Positions 36,110-44,044 of a stretch of 64,000 bases of DNA are shown here, in pieces. The position numbers and the translations under genes were made by a program. The stretch is taken from assembly GCA_041671745.1 (NCBI GenBank), contig JBAZBC010000018.1, positions 31,905-95,904 of the forward strand. Reading direction: 5' to 3'. This DNA comes from Opitutaceae bacterium (GTDB lineage: Bacteria > Verrucomicrobiota > Verrucomicrobiia > Opitutales > Opitutaceae). The notes under the pieces are model-generated. The model made no database searches. It saw only the letters and a list, made by a program, of their open reading frames with translations, and was not told the origin of the DNA. Within the stretch, counting starts at the first letter, position 1, and each line of letters starts with the position of its first letter.

Positions 36110-37402
36110 TCAATGGCGGGGCGGGTTGCCCAGCAGCCAGGCGTATTCGGCGAAGAAACCGAAGGAGCCGCGCAGCGATGTCCACGGCACGCGGGCGATG
36201 AACGGAGAGAGTTTTCCGGAAATCTTCAGGTCCGCATCGGCGCCGGGCGCGAGCAGCGCGATGGCGGCGGCGCAGAGCGGTTCGCGAATGGTCGAATTCT
36301 CCAGGTTGCGCCCGTGGTTTTTCCAATCGCCGAGTTCCGACAGGGCGAGGGCCACGGCGTCGTCGACGGTCGCCTGGGCGTGCCAGTGCGCATTGAGCGC
36401 GCGCCAGTCGGTGTCCATCGGCGCGAGCGAGACGTCGGCCGTCGGGGCCGCGACGATCCGGGGGGCGACGGTCACGGCGTTGAGACGCAGGGCCGCGAGG
36501 TATTTTTCGCGGATGGCCGGGCGCGATTCCAGGTCAACCAAGGCGCGCAGCATCGCCTGCGGGTTCACGCTGATCCAGAGCTGCCGGTCCATGCCGTGAC
36601 TTTGCGCGAAGAGGCCGGGCAGGCCTGCCTCGACATAATCGAGCATCGTCTTGCCGGTGCGCGTCGGGGCGGTGAGCGCGTTTTCATAGGCGTGCAGCCA
36701 GGATGAATCCCGCGTGATCTCGTAGATGATCCGGGTGATGAAAAGTTGACGGCAGGCGCTGCGGAAATCGGGAGCCGCCAGGGTGCCGCGAATCTGGCCG
36801 GGCGGAAGTCCGCCGGAGGAATCGCAAGGCAGATACCATTTCAGCCCGCGCAAGGTCGTGGCCAGCGCGACCATTTTTGCCTCGATCTTTGTTTTCTCCT
36901 CCGGGGTCGCGGCGCCCGAGCGGACGTAGGCCCAGAGACCTTGGAACCACGGGGCGGTCTGGTCGTCGGAGCCGATGGCGTAGTGGCTCTTGCCGTCGGC
37001 CGACACGTTGCGGGCGACGAAACCCGGCACGTCGGAGACTGAAGCGGCGAGCAGGAGACCGCGGGCCAGTTTGCCTGCGTTCGCGCGGTCGGCGGCGGCA
37101 CCGGTGAGCTGCCAGCGACGCACCGCGGCATCGAGGTAGATGCCGGTGAAGAAGGTGCCGTTTTCGACCGGCGTCCACCAGGCGAGCGCGTTGGGTTTGC
37201 CCTCAAGGCACTCCGACGCGGTGGGCAGTTCGATATTCCCGGACGGCGTGGTGTAGTCGAGCAGGAGTCCGTTCGGCTGCACGAAGCGGGTCCACAGATC
37301 TTTGTGAATGGTCTCGATCAGCGCGGGCAGGGCGGCTGCCGAAGCCGCCGATGGCAAGGCAAGAGACAGAAGAGCCACCAAGGTCACGAGGGGTAAACGC
37401 AT
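36110..37402 (-). CDS. Secreted hypothetical protein, probably helical (six-hairpin-glycosidase-like)
   Basis: Clear signal peptide MRLPLVTLVALLSLALPSAASA; Trp/Asp/Glu-rich segments 'WWTPVENG', 'GFVARNV', 'SDDQ'; no family recognised. Confidence 0.6.
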   Translation of the reverse strand: MRLPLVTLVALLSLALPSAASAAALPALIETIHKDLWTRFVQPNGLLLDYTTPSGNIELPTASECLEGKPNALAWWTPVENGTFFTGIYLDAAVRRWQLTGAAADRANAGKLARGLLLAASVSDVPGFVARNVSADGKSHYAIGSDDQTAPWFQGLWAYVRSGAATPEEKTKIEAKMVALATTLRGLKWYLPCDSSGGLPPGQIRGTLAAPDFRSACRQLFITRIIYEITRDSSWLHAYENALTAPTRTGKTMLDYVEAGLPGLFAQSHGMDRQLWISVNPQAMLRALVDLESRPAIREKYLAALRLNAVTVAPRIVAAPTADVSLAPMDTDWRALNAHWHAQATVDDAVALALSELGDWKNHGRNLENSTIREPLCAAAIALLAPGADADLKISGKLSPFIARVPWTSLRGSFGFFAEYAWLLGNPPRH

Positions 37403-37503
37403 GGCGATTTTCTCTAAGTGAGAACGATTGCCGGCACGAGCCGCCTTGAGCGGATTTCAACGGTCTCGATGATTTATCCCGGGGTGAATTGAAGGGGCTC
37501 TGA

Positions 37504-38742
37504 TCAAGCGTTGGCGGATGTCAGGGAGGCAGGCCCGAGCTTAAGATTCATGATTCTTTCCTCCACCGGTCGCAATGCGGGCAAGCCGTTCTCCGGCGCA
37601 TCGAGGTAAAAGTAGGCCGCACCGCTCCAGTCGTCGCAGCGATAAAAATTGCACCAACGTTCGGCCAGGGCCGGGTCACCGAGATCGGGTTCGCCGTCTT
37701 CCTTCAAGCGCCACAGCCAGGATTTTCCCGGGCCGAGCGGGTTCTGTCCATCCCACGAAAGACTGATCGGATCCAACGGCACGCCGGCCGTTCGCTTTTG
37801 ATGAACCCAGGCGGCCTGGCATCCTCCGATGGTGTCCAACACGGCGCGAAAATCCGTGTGAAAATACACCGGGTCGACCGTGTGGAATCTATACATGCCG
37901 AACTGGCGTGCGCCTCCATCGGCCAGCGTGCAACCCTGCGTGGGGTGTGAGAAAAGACCCTGGCAATAGCCCGTCCCGATATAATCCTCCTCGCCCGTGC
38001 CGCAGAGCGTTGGATGACGTTCGTCTCCATCGAGCCACGCCTTGAATTCGCCTTCGCCCCACCAGGAACCATCGTAGATCGGATCTAGATTCACGCCGAA
38101 ATGGGTGCCGAGAAAGCGGCCGCGCCCTGACACGCGCGGAAGCAGGGTGAACGGTTCGCCCAACACGTTCGGGGATTCACGTCTCCAGTGGGTGTGAAAA
38201 TACAGGGCTTCGGCGGGATGCTCCACGCCCATGAGCAGATTCACATCGTAGAAAAAATGTTTGAGGCAATGGGGCCCCTCGTTGGTGACGGTGATGCGAG
38301 CGGAACGTCGGAATGGCATCGGCACGAAGCAATTGAAAGAGCGTCCCTCGGGGGAAGAGAAGAATTGATTGGCGAAGGGCAACGCACGCGCGAGCGAGGC
38401 ACCAAAGAAATCGCCGATCGGAGCGGATACGGCGGGAGTGGTCGCACCGTCCCAGAACATGTCGATCCGCAGCGCGCGCAACATGGAGGCCGGTTTCCCC
38501 TCGAAGGTCAGATCAAACAGGGTCGCCCAGATGCGGGTGATCAGCCCACTGCCTTCAACATCCAGGAGGGTCTTGCTTTCGCCGGGGTGGATGCAGCACC
38601 AGGCCGACCCCTTGGCACCCCGGTTGGTAGTCGCGGCGGTTCCCTTGCCGGCGGAGGGATTTTCGAAGCTGGCCCACCGGGTCTGCCAGGAGCGAGGGGC
38701 ACTGTGATAGAGGGGGAGGGTCAGGGGATCGGGCGGTGTCAT
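37504..38742 (-). CDS. DUF2961 / GH172 family glycosidase (paralog 2)
   Basis: 'WASFENP', 'LRIDMFWDG', 'PIGDFFG', 'FVPMPF', 'WWGEGEFKAWLDGD', 'GTGEEDYIG', 'YRFH..DP'. Confidence 0.9.
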   Translation of the reverse strand: MTPPDPLTLPLYHSAPRSWQTRWASFENPSAGKGTAATTNRGAKGSAWCCIHPGESKTLLDVEGSGLITRIWATLFDLTFEGKPASMLRALRIDMFWDGATTPAVSAPIGDFFGASLARALPFANQFFSSPEGRSFNCFVPMPFRRSARITVTNEGPHCLKHFFYDVNLLMGVEHPAEALYFHTHWRRESPNVLGEPFTLLPRVSGRGRFLGTHFGVNLDPIYDGSWWGEGEFKAWLDGDERHPTLCGTGEEDYIGTGYCQGLFSHPTQGCTLADGGARQFGMYRFHTVDPVYFHTDFRAVLDTIGGCQAAWVHQKRTAGVPLDPISLSWDGQNPLGPGKSWLWRLKEDGEPDLGDPALAERWCNFYRCDDWSGAAYFYLDAPENGLPALRPVEERIMNLKLGPASLTSANA

Positions 38743-38782
38743 CAGGGGAGCCTACACGTTAACCGGATTTGCGGAAAGCGTC

Positions 38783-38808
38783 CATGTAGCAAGTTCCCGA
38801 AAACATGT
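38783..38808. promoter_or_regulatory. Second CATGT direct repeat at 21-bp period in the GH172/MFS divergent region
   Basis: CATGT at 38783 and 38804, same spacing as at 30512/30533. Confidence 0.4.
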
Positions 38809-38954
38809 CGGATCTTATGAAGTTTCCGGATTCTGGCGCGGGGAAGCGAAATTGAACGGATTCGATACCGTCGCATTTGCGCACACCATGCCGGAAGATG
38901 AATTCGTAGGGTTGGTTGGCGCGGGTGAATATTCACGCCGTTGCGGCCAACCCG

Positions 38955-40469
38955 ATGACCACCCAGGCCCATATCAACGAACGCGACCGCATCCCATTTC
39001 TCCAGAAGCTGATGTTCAGCCTCGGCATCAATATGGACTATGTGGCCACGGGCTTGATCACGGGCGTTCTTTGGATGCCTTTTTTCAACATCGGGCTGGG
39101 CATGTCGCCGACCGTGTTGGGAATCATCCTGATGGTCCTGCGATTTTGGGATGCGATGACGAATCCGGTCATCGGCAACCTTTCGGACAACGCGCGCACA
39201 CGCTGGGGGCGCCGCCGGCCCTTCATGTTCGTCGGGGCGATCACGACCGCCGCGATTTATCCGCTGTTCTGGTATATTCCCGCCGGCCTTGGCGACACCG
39301 GGCGCATCGTTTACCTGACCGTGATCGGACTGGTTTTCTTCACCAGCTTCACCGTGTGGTCGATGCCCTACTACTCGTTGCAGATGGAGCTGACGCCCGA
39401 CTACGACGAGCGCACGCGGCTCACGGCCTGGATGACGTTTTTCGGGAAAGGCTCCTTCCTGGTCGGAAGCTGGATACTGGCGTTTGTCATTTTGCTCGGC
39501 GGGGTGGCGCTGAACCAGCCGGCGGTTTTTGAGGGGCACGACGGATTTGCTGGGTCGTTGCTCCGGTGGTTGCAGCCGCTGCTGGCGGTCTTCGGGTCCA
39601 ACGCTGCGGATGAAAAGCCGGTTGTGGTCGGCATGCGGATCTGCAGCTGGTTCATCGCGCTGGGTATATTGGTGTTCGGCTTGCTGCCTGCGATTTTTGT
39701 GAAGGAGCGGCCCCTGCCGGCGGTAATCGGGAAAAAGGATCGCGAGCCGTTTTGGCAGAGCGTGCGAGACTCGGCGCGATCGATGCCGCTCTGGTCGCTG
39801 ATCAGCATCTCGTTCTTTCTGGTGCTGGGATCGACGGCGGTGGGAAGCCTCGGCCAGTATTTGAATATCTACTACGTCTTCCACGGCGATCTTGGCGCCG
39901 CGGCCTACGTCGCCGGCTGGAAAGGCTCGGTCCTCGTGACGGCGGGAATCATCTCGATCCCCTTTTTCACCTGGCTGGGGGAAAAGTGGGACAAGCGCAC
40001 CGTGGTGCTCGTGATGCTTGGGGTGAGCATGGCGGGCCATTTTTTGAACCTGTTCATGATGACGCCGGAGCATCCCTACTGGCAGCTGATTCCGGGAGTG
40101 ACGGAGTCGTGCGGCATCGCGGCGATCTGGCTGTTCCTGCCCTCGATGAAGGCGGATGTGGCCGACGCCGACGAACTCAAGACCGGGCGCCGGCGCGAAG
40201 GCTCGATCAACTCGTTTTTTTCCTGGTTTCTCAAACTGGCGTTCACCGCCTCGATGGGAATCGGCGGCGTGCTGCTCGAGCTGTCGGGCTTTGATGCGAA
40301 AATCAACGACCAGCCGCCCGAGGTGCTCCATCGCATGATGTGGCTCTACATCGCGCTGCCGACCGTCATCTGGGGTATCGCGATGGTGTCGTGCTGGTAT
40401 TTCCCGCTCGGACGCAAAAAGTGCGCCGAGATCCGCGCGGAGCTGGAAGCCCGCCGAGGACAACGCTGA
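38955..40469 (+). CDS. MFS transporter, glycoside-pentoside-hexuronide (MelB/GPH) family
   Basis: About 12 hydrophobic segments; 'WDAMTNPVIGNLSD.ARTRWGRRRPF', 'ELTPDYDERT', 'ADVADADE..TGRRREG'. Start set at ATG 38955. Confidence 0.9.
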   Translation: MTTQAHINERDRIPFLQKLMFSLGINMDYVATGLITGVLWMPFFNIGLGMSPTVLGIILMVLRFWDAMTNPVIGNLSDNARTRWGRRRPFMFVGAITTAAIYPLFWYIPAGLGDTGRIVYLTVIGLVFFTSFTVWSMPYYSLQMELTPDYDERTRLTAWMTFFGKGSFLVGSWILAFVILLGGVALNQPAVFEGHDGFAGSLLRWLQPLLAVFGSNAADEKPVVVGMRICSWFIALGILVFGLLPAIFVKERPLPAVIGKKDREPFWQSVRDSARSMPLWSLISISFFLVLGSTAVGSLGQYLNIYYVFHGDLGAAAYVAGWKGSVLVTAGIISIPFFTWLGEKWDKRTVVLVMLGVSMAGHFLNLFMMTPEHPYWQLIPGVTESCGIAAIWLFLPSMKADVADADELKTGRRREGSINSFFSWFLKLAFTASMGIGGVLLELSGFDAKINDQPPEVLHRMMWLYIALPTVIWGIAMVSCWYFPLGRKKCAEIRAELEARRGQR

Positions 40470-40495
40470 ACCGGTTGCCACATCTTTTTTCACGC

Positions 40496-42556
40496 ATGAG
40501 TTCCATCGCATCCCTTCCTCTTGCCGGGCTTGAAGCCGGCACCCTTTCACTTGGCGGCGCACCCGTGCTGCACGGCTTGCCGGCCGACTGGACGCTGAAC
40601 GCGGTGCCCGGCGGCGCGTTCCTCCGCGCCGCGCCGAAAGAGTGTCACTGTTTCCTGGAGTTGCCGGCCGGCCGCATCGCCGGGCTCTCGCGGTTCACGA
40701 GCTGCTACCGGTTCGTGCCGTTCTGGATGAAACCGGCGGGCGGCCGCACCGAGGCGGACGTCAAACCGGAGACGATGTGGATACTGGCGGAGACGGCGTC
40801 CGGTTACGCGTTGATTGTGCCGCTGCTCGACGGCGTCAACCGCTACAGCCTCACGGGCACGGCGACGGGGCTCTCGCTCGTGATCGAGACGGGCGACCCG
40901 ACGATCCCGTGCACGGCGGGCACGGCGCTCTTCGTTGCAACGGGTCAGGACCCTTACTCGCTGCTCACGGAGTCGGCGCGCATCGTGGGTGCTCATTTTG
41001 GCGGACGGCGTTTGCGCACGGAAAAGCCGGTTCCTGATTTCGTGGAGCTGTTCGGCTGGTGCACGTGGGACGCTTTCTACAAGGAAGTGACCGAGGAAAA
41101 AGTGCTGGCGGGCCTGGAGGTGTTTGCGGCAGGCGGAGTGCGTCCGCCGCTGCTGATCCTGGATGACGGCTGGCAAAGCTACGAACGCTTCCCGACGGGG
41201 GAGGACCGGTTGGTGAGTCTTAAGCCGAACGCACGTTTCAACGGCGACCTCACTCCGCTGGTTCGCGCGAGCAAGGAGCGTTACGGCGTGCGCAGCTTTT
41301 TTGTGTGGCACGCGTTCATGGGTTACTGGGGCGGGGTCGATCCGCAGGCGCTGCCCGCCTATGGCTCGCGCACGATGCCGCGCAGTTTCGGGCCGCATGT
41401 GCTGCGGCAGGAGTGGACCTGGAACGTCTGGCCTTGGGGTGCCCTGGTCTCGGTGCCGGCGGCGGACCGCATCGCGGCGTTTTACGACGACTACCATTCA
41501 GGACTGGTCGCGCAGGGCGTGGACGGCGTGAAGGTGGATGTGCAGGGCATGGTCGAGGCCGTCGCCTCCGGTCAGGGCGGGCGCGTGGCGCTGCATCGCG
41601 CGTATCGGGCGGCGTTGGACGGATCGGTTAACAGGCACTTCGCCGGACGTCTGATCAATTGCATGTCGAGCACCTCGGAGTGCGCCTATCTGGCAGACAC
41701 CGCGGTCTTGCGAAGCTCGGACGATTTTTATCCGCAAAAGCCCGGAAGCCACGGCATGCACCTGTTCGCCAACGCGCAGGTCGGCCTCTGGTTTGGCGAG
41801 TTCATGCTGCCCGACTGGGACATGTTTCAGACGACGCACGACTACGGGGCCTTCCACGCGGCTTCGCGGGCGATCTCCGGCGGGCCGGTTTATATTTCGG
41901 ACAAAGCCGAGGCTCATGATTTCGTGCTGCTGCGGAAACTGATGCTTTCCGACGGCACGATCCTGCGCGCCGACCATCAGGCGAAACCGACTCCGGATTG
42001 CCTTTTCTCCGATCCGACGGCCGAGGATGTGTTGTTGAAGATTTTCAACCGCAACGGGGATTGCGGCGTGGTGGGACTGTTCAATGTCCGTCCCCCATCC
42101 GGCGTAGTAAATGCACCCAAGGCGATCACCGGCGAAGTCTCGCCGGCGGATATCCCCGGCTTCGCCACGGATGACGCGGACTTTATCGGCTATGCGCACC
42201 AGGCGGACCGCTTGTGGCGGGCAGGGCGGGGCGGGCACGAAACCTTTGAGCTGATCGAAGGCGCGTGGGAGCTCGTGTCGTTCGCCCCGGTTGAAAACGA
42301 TTTCGCGGCGCTTGGTCTGGCGGACAAGTTCAACTCGACCGGCGCGGTGACTGCGCGCGAGTGGCACGGGCCAAAAGGGGTCGAGGTGACTTTGCGTGAC
42401 GGCGGACGATTCTTGGCCTGGTCGAAAGTGTGCCCGGCCTCGGTGCGGACTGCGGCGGGCGAAGCGCTGGCGTTCGATTACGACATGCATTCCGGCCGGC
42501 TCACGGTCGACCTTGCCGCCAAGGGACCGGTGACCGTTCTGGTTACCTTTGCCTGA
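40496..42556 (+). CDS. GH36 alpha-galactosidase, Sip1/raffinose-synthase type
   Basis: 'FGWCTWDAFY', 'ILDDGWQ', 'VWHAFMGYWGG', 'DGVKVD', 'SSDDFYP', 'PDWDMF', 'ISGGPVYISD'. Start set at ATG 40496. Confidence 0.9.
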   Translation: MSSIASLPLAGLEAGTLSLGGAPVLHGLPADWTLNAVPGGAFLRAAPKECHCFLELPAGRIAGLSRFTSCYRFVPFWMKPAGGRTEADVKPETMWILAETASGYALIVPLLDGVNRYSLTGTATGLSLVIETGDPTIPCTAGTALFVATGQDPYSLLTESARIVGAHFGGRRLRTEKPVPDFVELFGWCTWDAFYKEVTEEKVLAGLEVFAAGGVRPPLLILDDGWQSYERFPTGEDRLVSLKPNARFNGDLTPLVRASKERYGVRSFFVWHAFMGYWGGVDPQALPAYGSRTMPRSFGPHVLRQEWTWNVWPWGALVSVPAADRIAAFYDDYHSGLVAQGVDGVKVDVQGMVEAVASGQGGRVALHRAYRAALDGSVNRHFAGRLINCMSSTSECAYLADTAVLRSSDDFYPQKPGSHGMHLFANAQVGLWFGEFMLPDWDMFQTTHDYGAFHAASRAISGGPVYISDKAEAHDFVLLRKLMLSDGTILRADHQAKPTPDCLFSDPTAEDVLLKIFNRNGDCGVVGLFNVRPPSGVVNAPKAITGEVSPADIPGFATDDADFIGYAHQADRLWRAGRGGHETFELIEGAWELVSFAPVENDFAALGLADKFNSTGAVTAREWHGPKGVEVTLRDGGRFLAWSKVCPASVRTAAGEALAFDYDMHSGRLTVDLAAKGPVTVLVTFA

Positions 42557-42596
42557 AGCGCAATCAGTCCGCGCGTGACGTCCTTCCCAAGTGATC

Positions 42597-43808
42597 ATGA
42601 CCACACAAAAGGGGGACAGTTGGAATGAGTCGGAAGCCTATGCCGATCCGCTTTCGGGGCGCCGTATCCAACGGCTGACGTCGGCCGGTTTCTACAACAT
42701 GACGCCCAACTATCACACGGGAACGGCGTTCACGGCGGATGGGCGGTCGTTGATTCTGGCGAGCGGACGGCAGCAGGGCAGTGCCTTGTTCAAGGCGGAG
42801 GTCGAAACCGGCCGGTTGACGCAGTTGACCGGTTGGTTTCCCGACTACGGTTCGATTGATGAGATTCACAAGCATGGGCAGGGACGTTGCATTCTTGGCG
42901 GAAAGGGTGGCGGCGTCACCATGTTGTCCTGCGTGGCTCCTCATCGGAGGTTTGCGGTTTTTGTGCTTGGCCGCGCGGTGCGCCTGGTCGACATCGAAAC
43001 ACTGGCTGAACGCGTGTTGTGTCCGGATGTGGGGACGGAGTGGATCCCGGGCATGCCTAGCATCTCGCCCGATGAGGAGACGCTGTTGATTCCGCTCATG
43101 TCGTCGCATCCGGAGATCGCCGCCGGCCAGCCGATCACCCGGTCCTACATGGAGCATTTTGCGGAGGCCGGTCCGCAGTTCCGTCTGCTCGAAATCGAGG
43201 TGTCAACGGCGACGGCGCGCGTGGTGTATCAGGAGAAATGCGGGGGGTGCGCGCATTCACCCCACAGTCCGGCGGACGCCGGGAGGGTTTTGCTGGATCG
43301 TGATCGTTCGCCCGGATTGTGGGCCTATGGGCCGCCCGGGGTGAGCCGGGCGTGGACGCTCAACTTGCGAGACGGAGGATTGACCGCTTTGACGCCCCGC
43401 AATGCGCAGACGTTTCAGACCCACTCGGTGTGGACGCATGACGGCGAGGCGATTCTTTATCATGGTCCGGCGGCCGGGGGCGGGCAGTTCATCGGGGCGA
43501 TCAGTCCCGCCGGGCAGGTTCTCAAGGAATATGTTTTTCCCGAAGCCAAGGGCTACGGCCATGTGGCAGCTCTCGCCGGACGGAAGGGGATCATCCTAGA
43601 CGGCGACTTGGCGAAGGACCGCCTGCAGCTACTTGATTTCGAGACGGCGGGGCCTTGTGTGGAAACGCTGGCCCTGCATGGGAGCGACCTGGGTTGCATG
43701 CCCTGGCAATACGCGCATGTGCACCCCCAGTCGGATTGGCAAGGGCGGCGCGTATCATTCAATCGGGCCGTCGGCGGGCGCAGTGATGTGCTGGTGGTTG
43801 ATGTATAG
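42597..43808 (+). CDS. Oligogalacturonate lyase (PL22/Ogl)-like beta-propeller protein
   Basis: 'DPLSGRRIQRLT....YHTGTAFTADGRSL' N-terminus and 'HVHPQSD....VSFN' C-terminus resemble Ogl/TolB-type propellers; activity not established. Confidence 0.6.
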   Translation: MTTQKGDSWNESEAYADPLSGRRIQRLTSAGFYNMTPNYHTGTAFTADGRSLILASGRQQGSALFKAEVETGRLTQLTGWFPDYGSIDEIHKHGQGRCILGGKGGGVTMLSCVAPHRRFAVFVLGRAVRLVDIETLAERVLCPDVGTEWIPGMPSISPDEETLLIPLMSSHPEIAAGQPITRSYMEHFAEAGPQFRLLEIEVSTATARVVYQEKCGGCAHSPHSPADAGRVLLDRDRSPGLWAYGPPGVSRAWTLNLRDGGLTALTPRNAQTFQTHSVWTHDGEAILYHGPAAGGGQFIGAISPAGQVLKEYVFPEAKGYGHVAALAGRKGIILDGDLAKDRLQLLDFETAGPCVETLALHGSDLGCMPWQYAHVHPQSDWQGRRVSFNRAVGGRSDVLVVDV

Positions 43809-44044
43809 TATATCGATGAATTTCAGGAGGGGGCATCTCCGCGCCGGGTCGTTTCTTTCGGGGCTCATGACCGGTTTCTATGCGAGTTTGAACGATTTCG
43901 AGTTCGGCGAGATTATCGAAACGGTCGATTGGCGGTCAGCTTGCGGAAAACCACACCGTCTGTTTTTATGCAGTTGCCGCCGCCGCCCTCCCGGCAGACG
44001 CCCGCTGCATCCCCTTTGGTGAAATTGCAGCGGAGCCTCACCCC

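Noticed and set aside
44002-44033. CCGCTGCA...TGCAGCGG hairpin just upstream of the PilX-like gene
   Set aside because: An 8-bp GC-rich stem with a 16-nt loop is plausible by chance; no second copy found.
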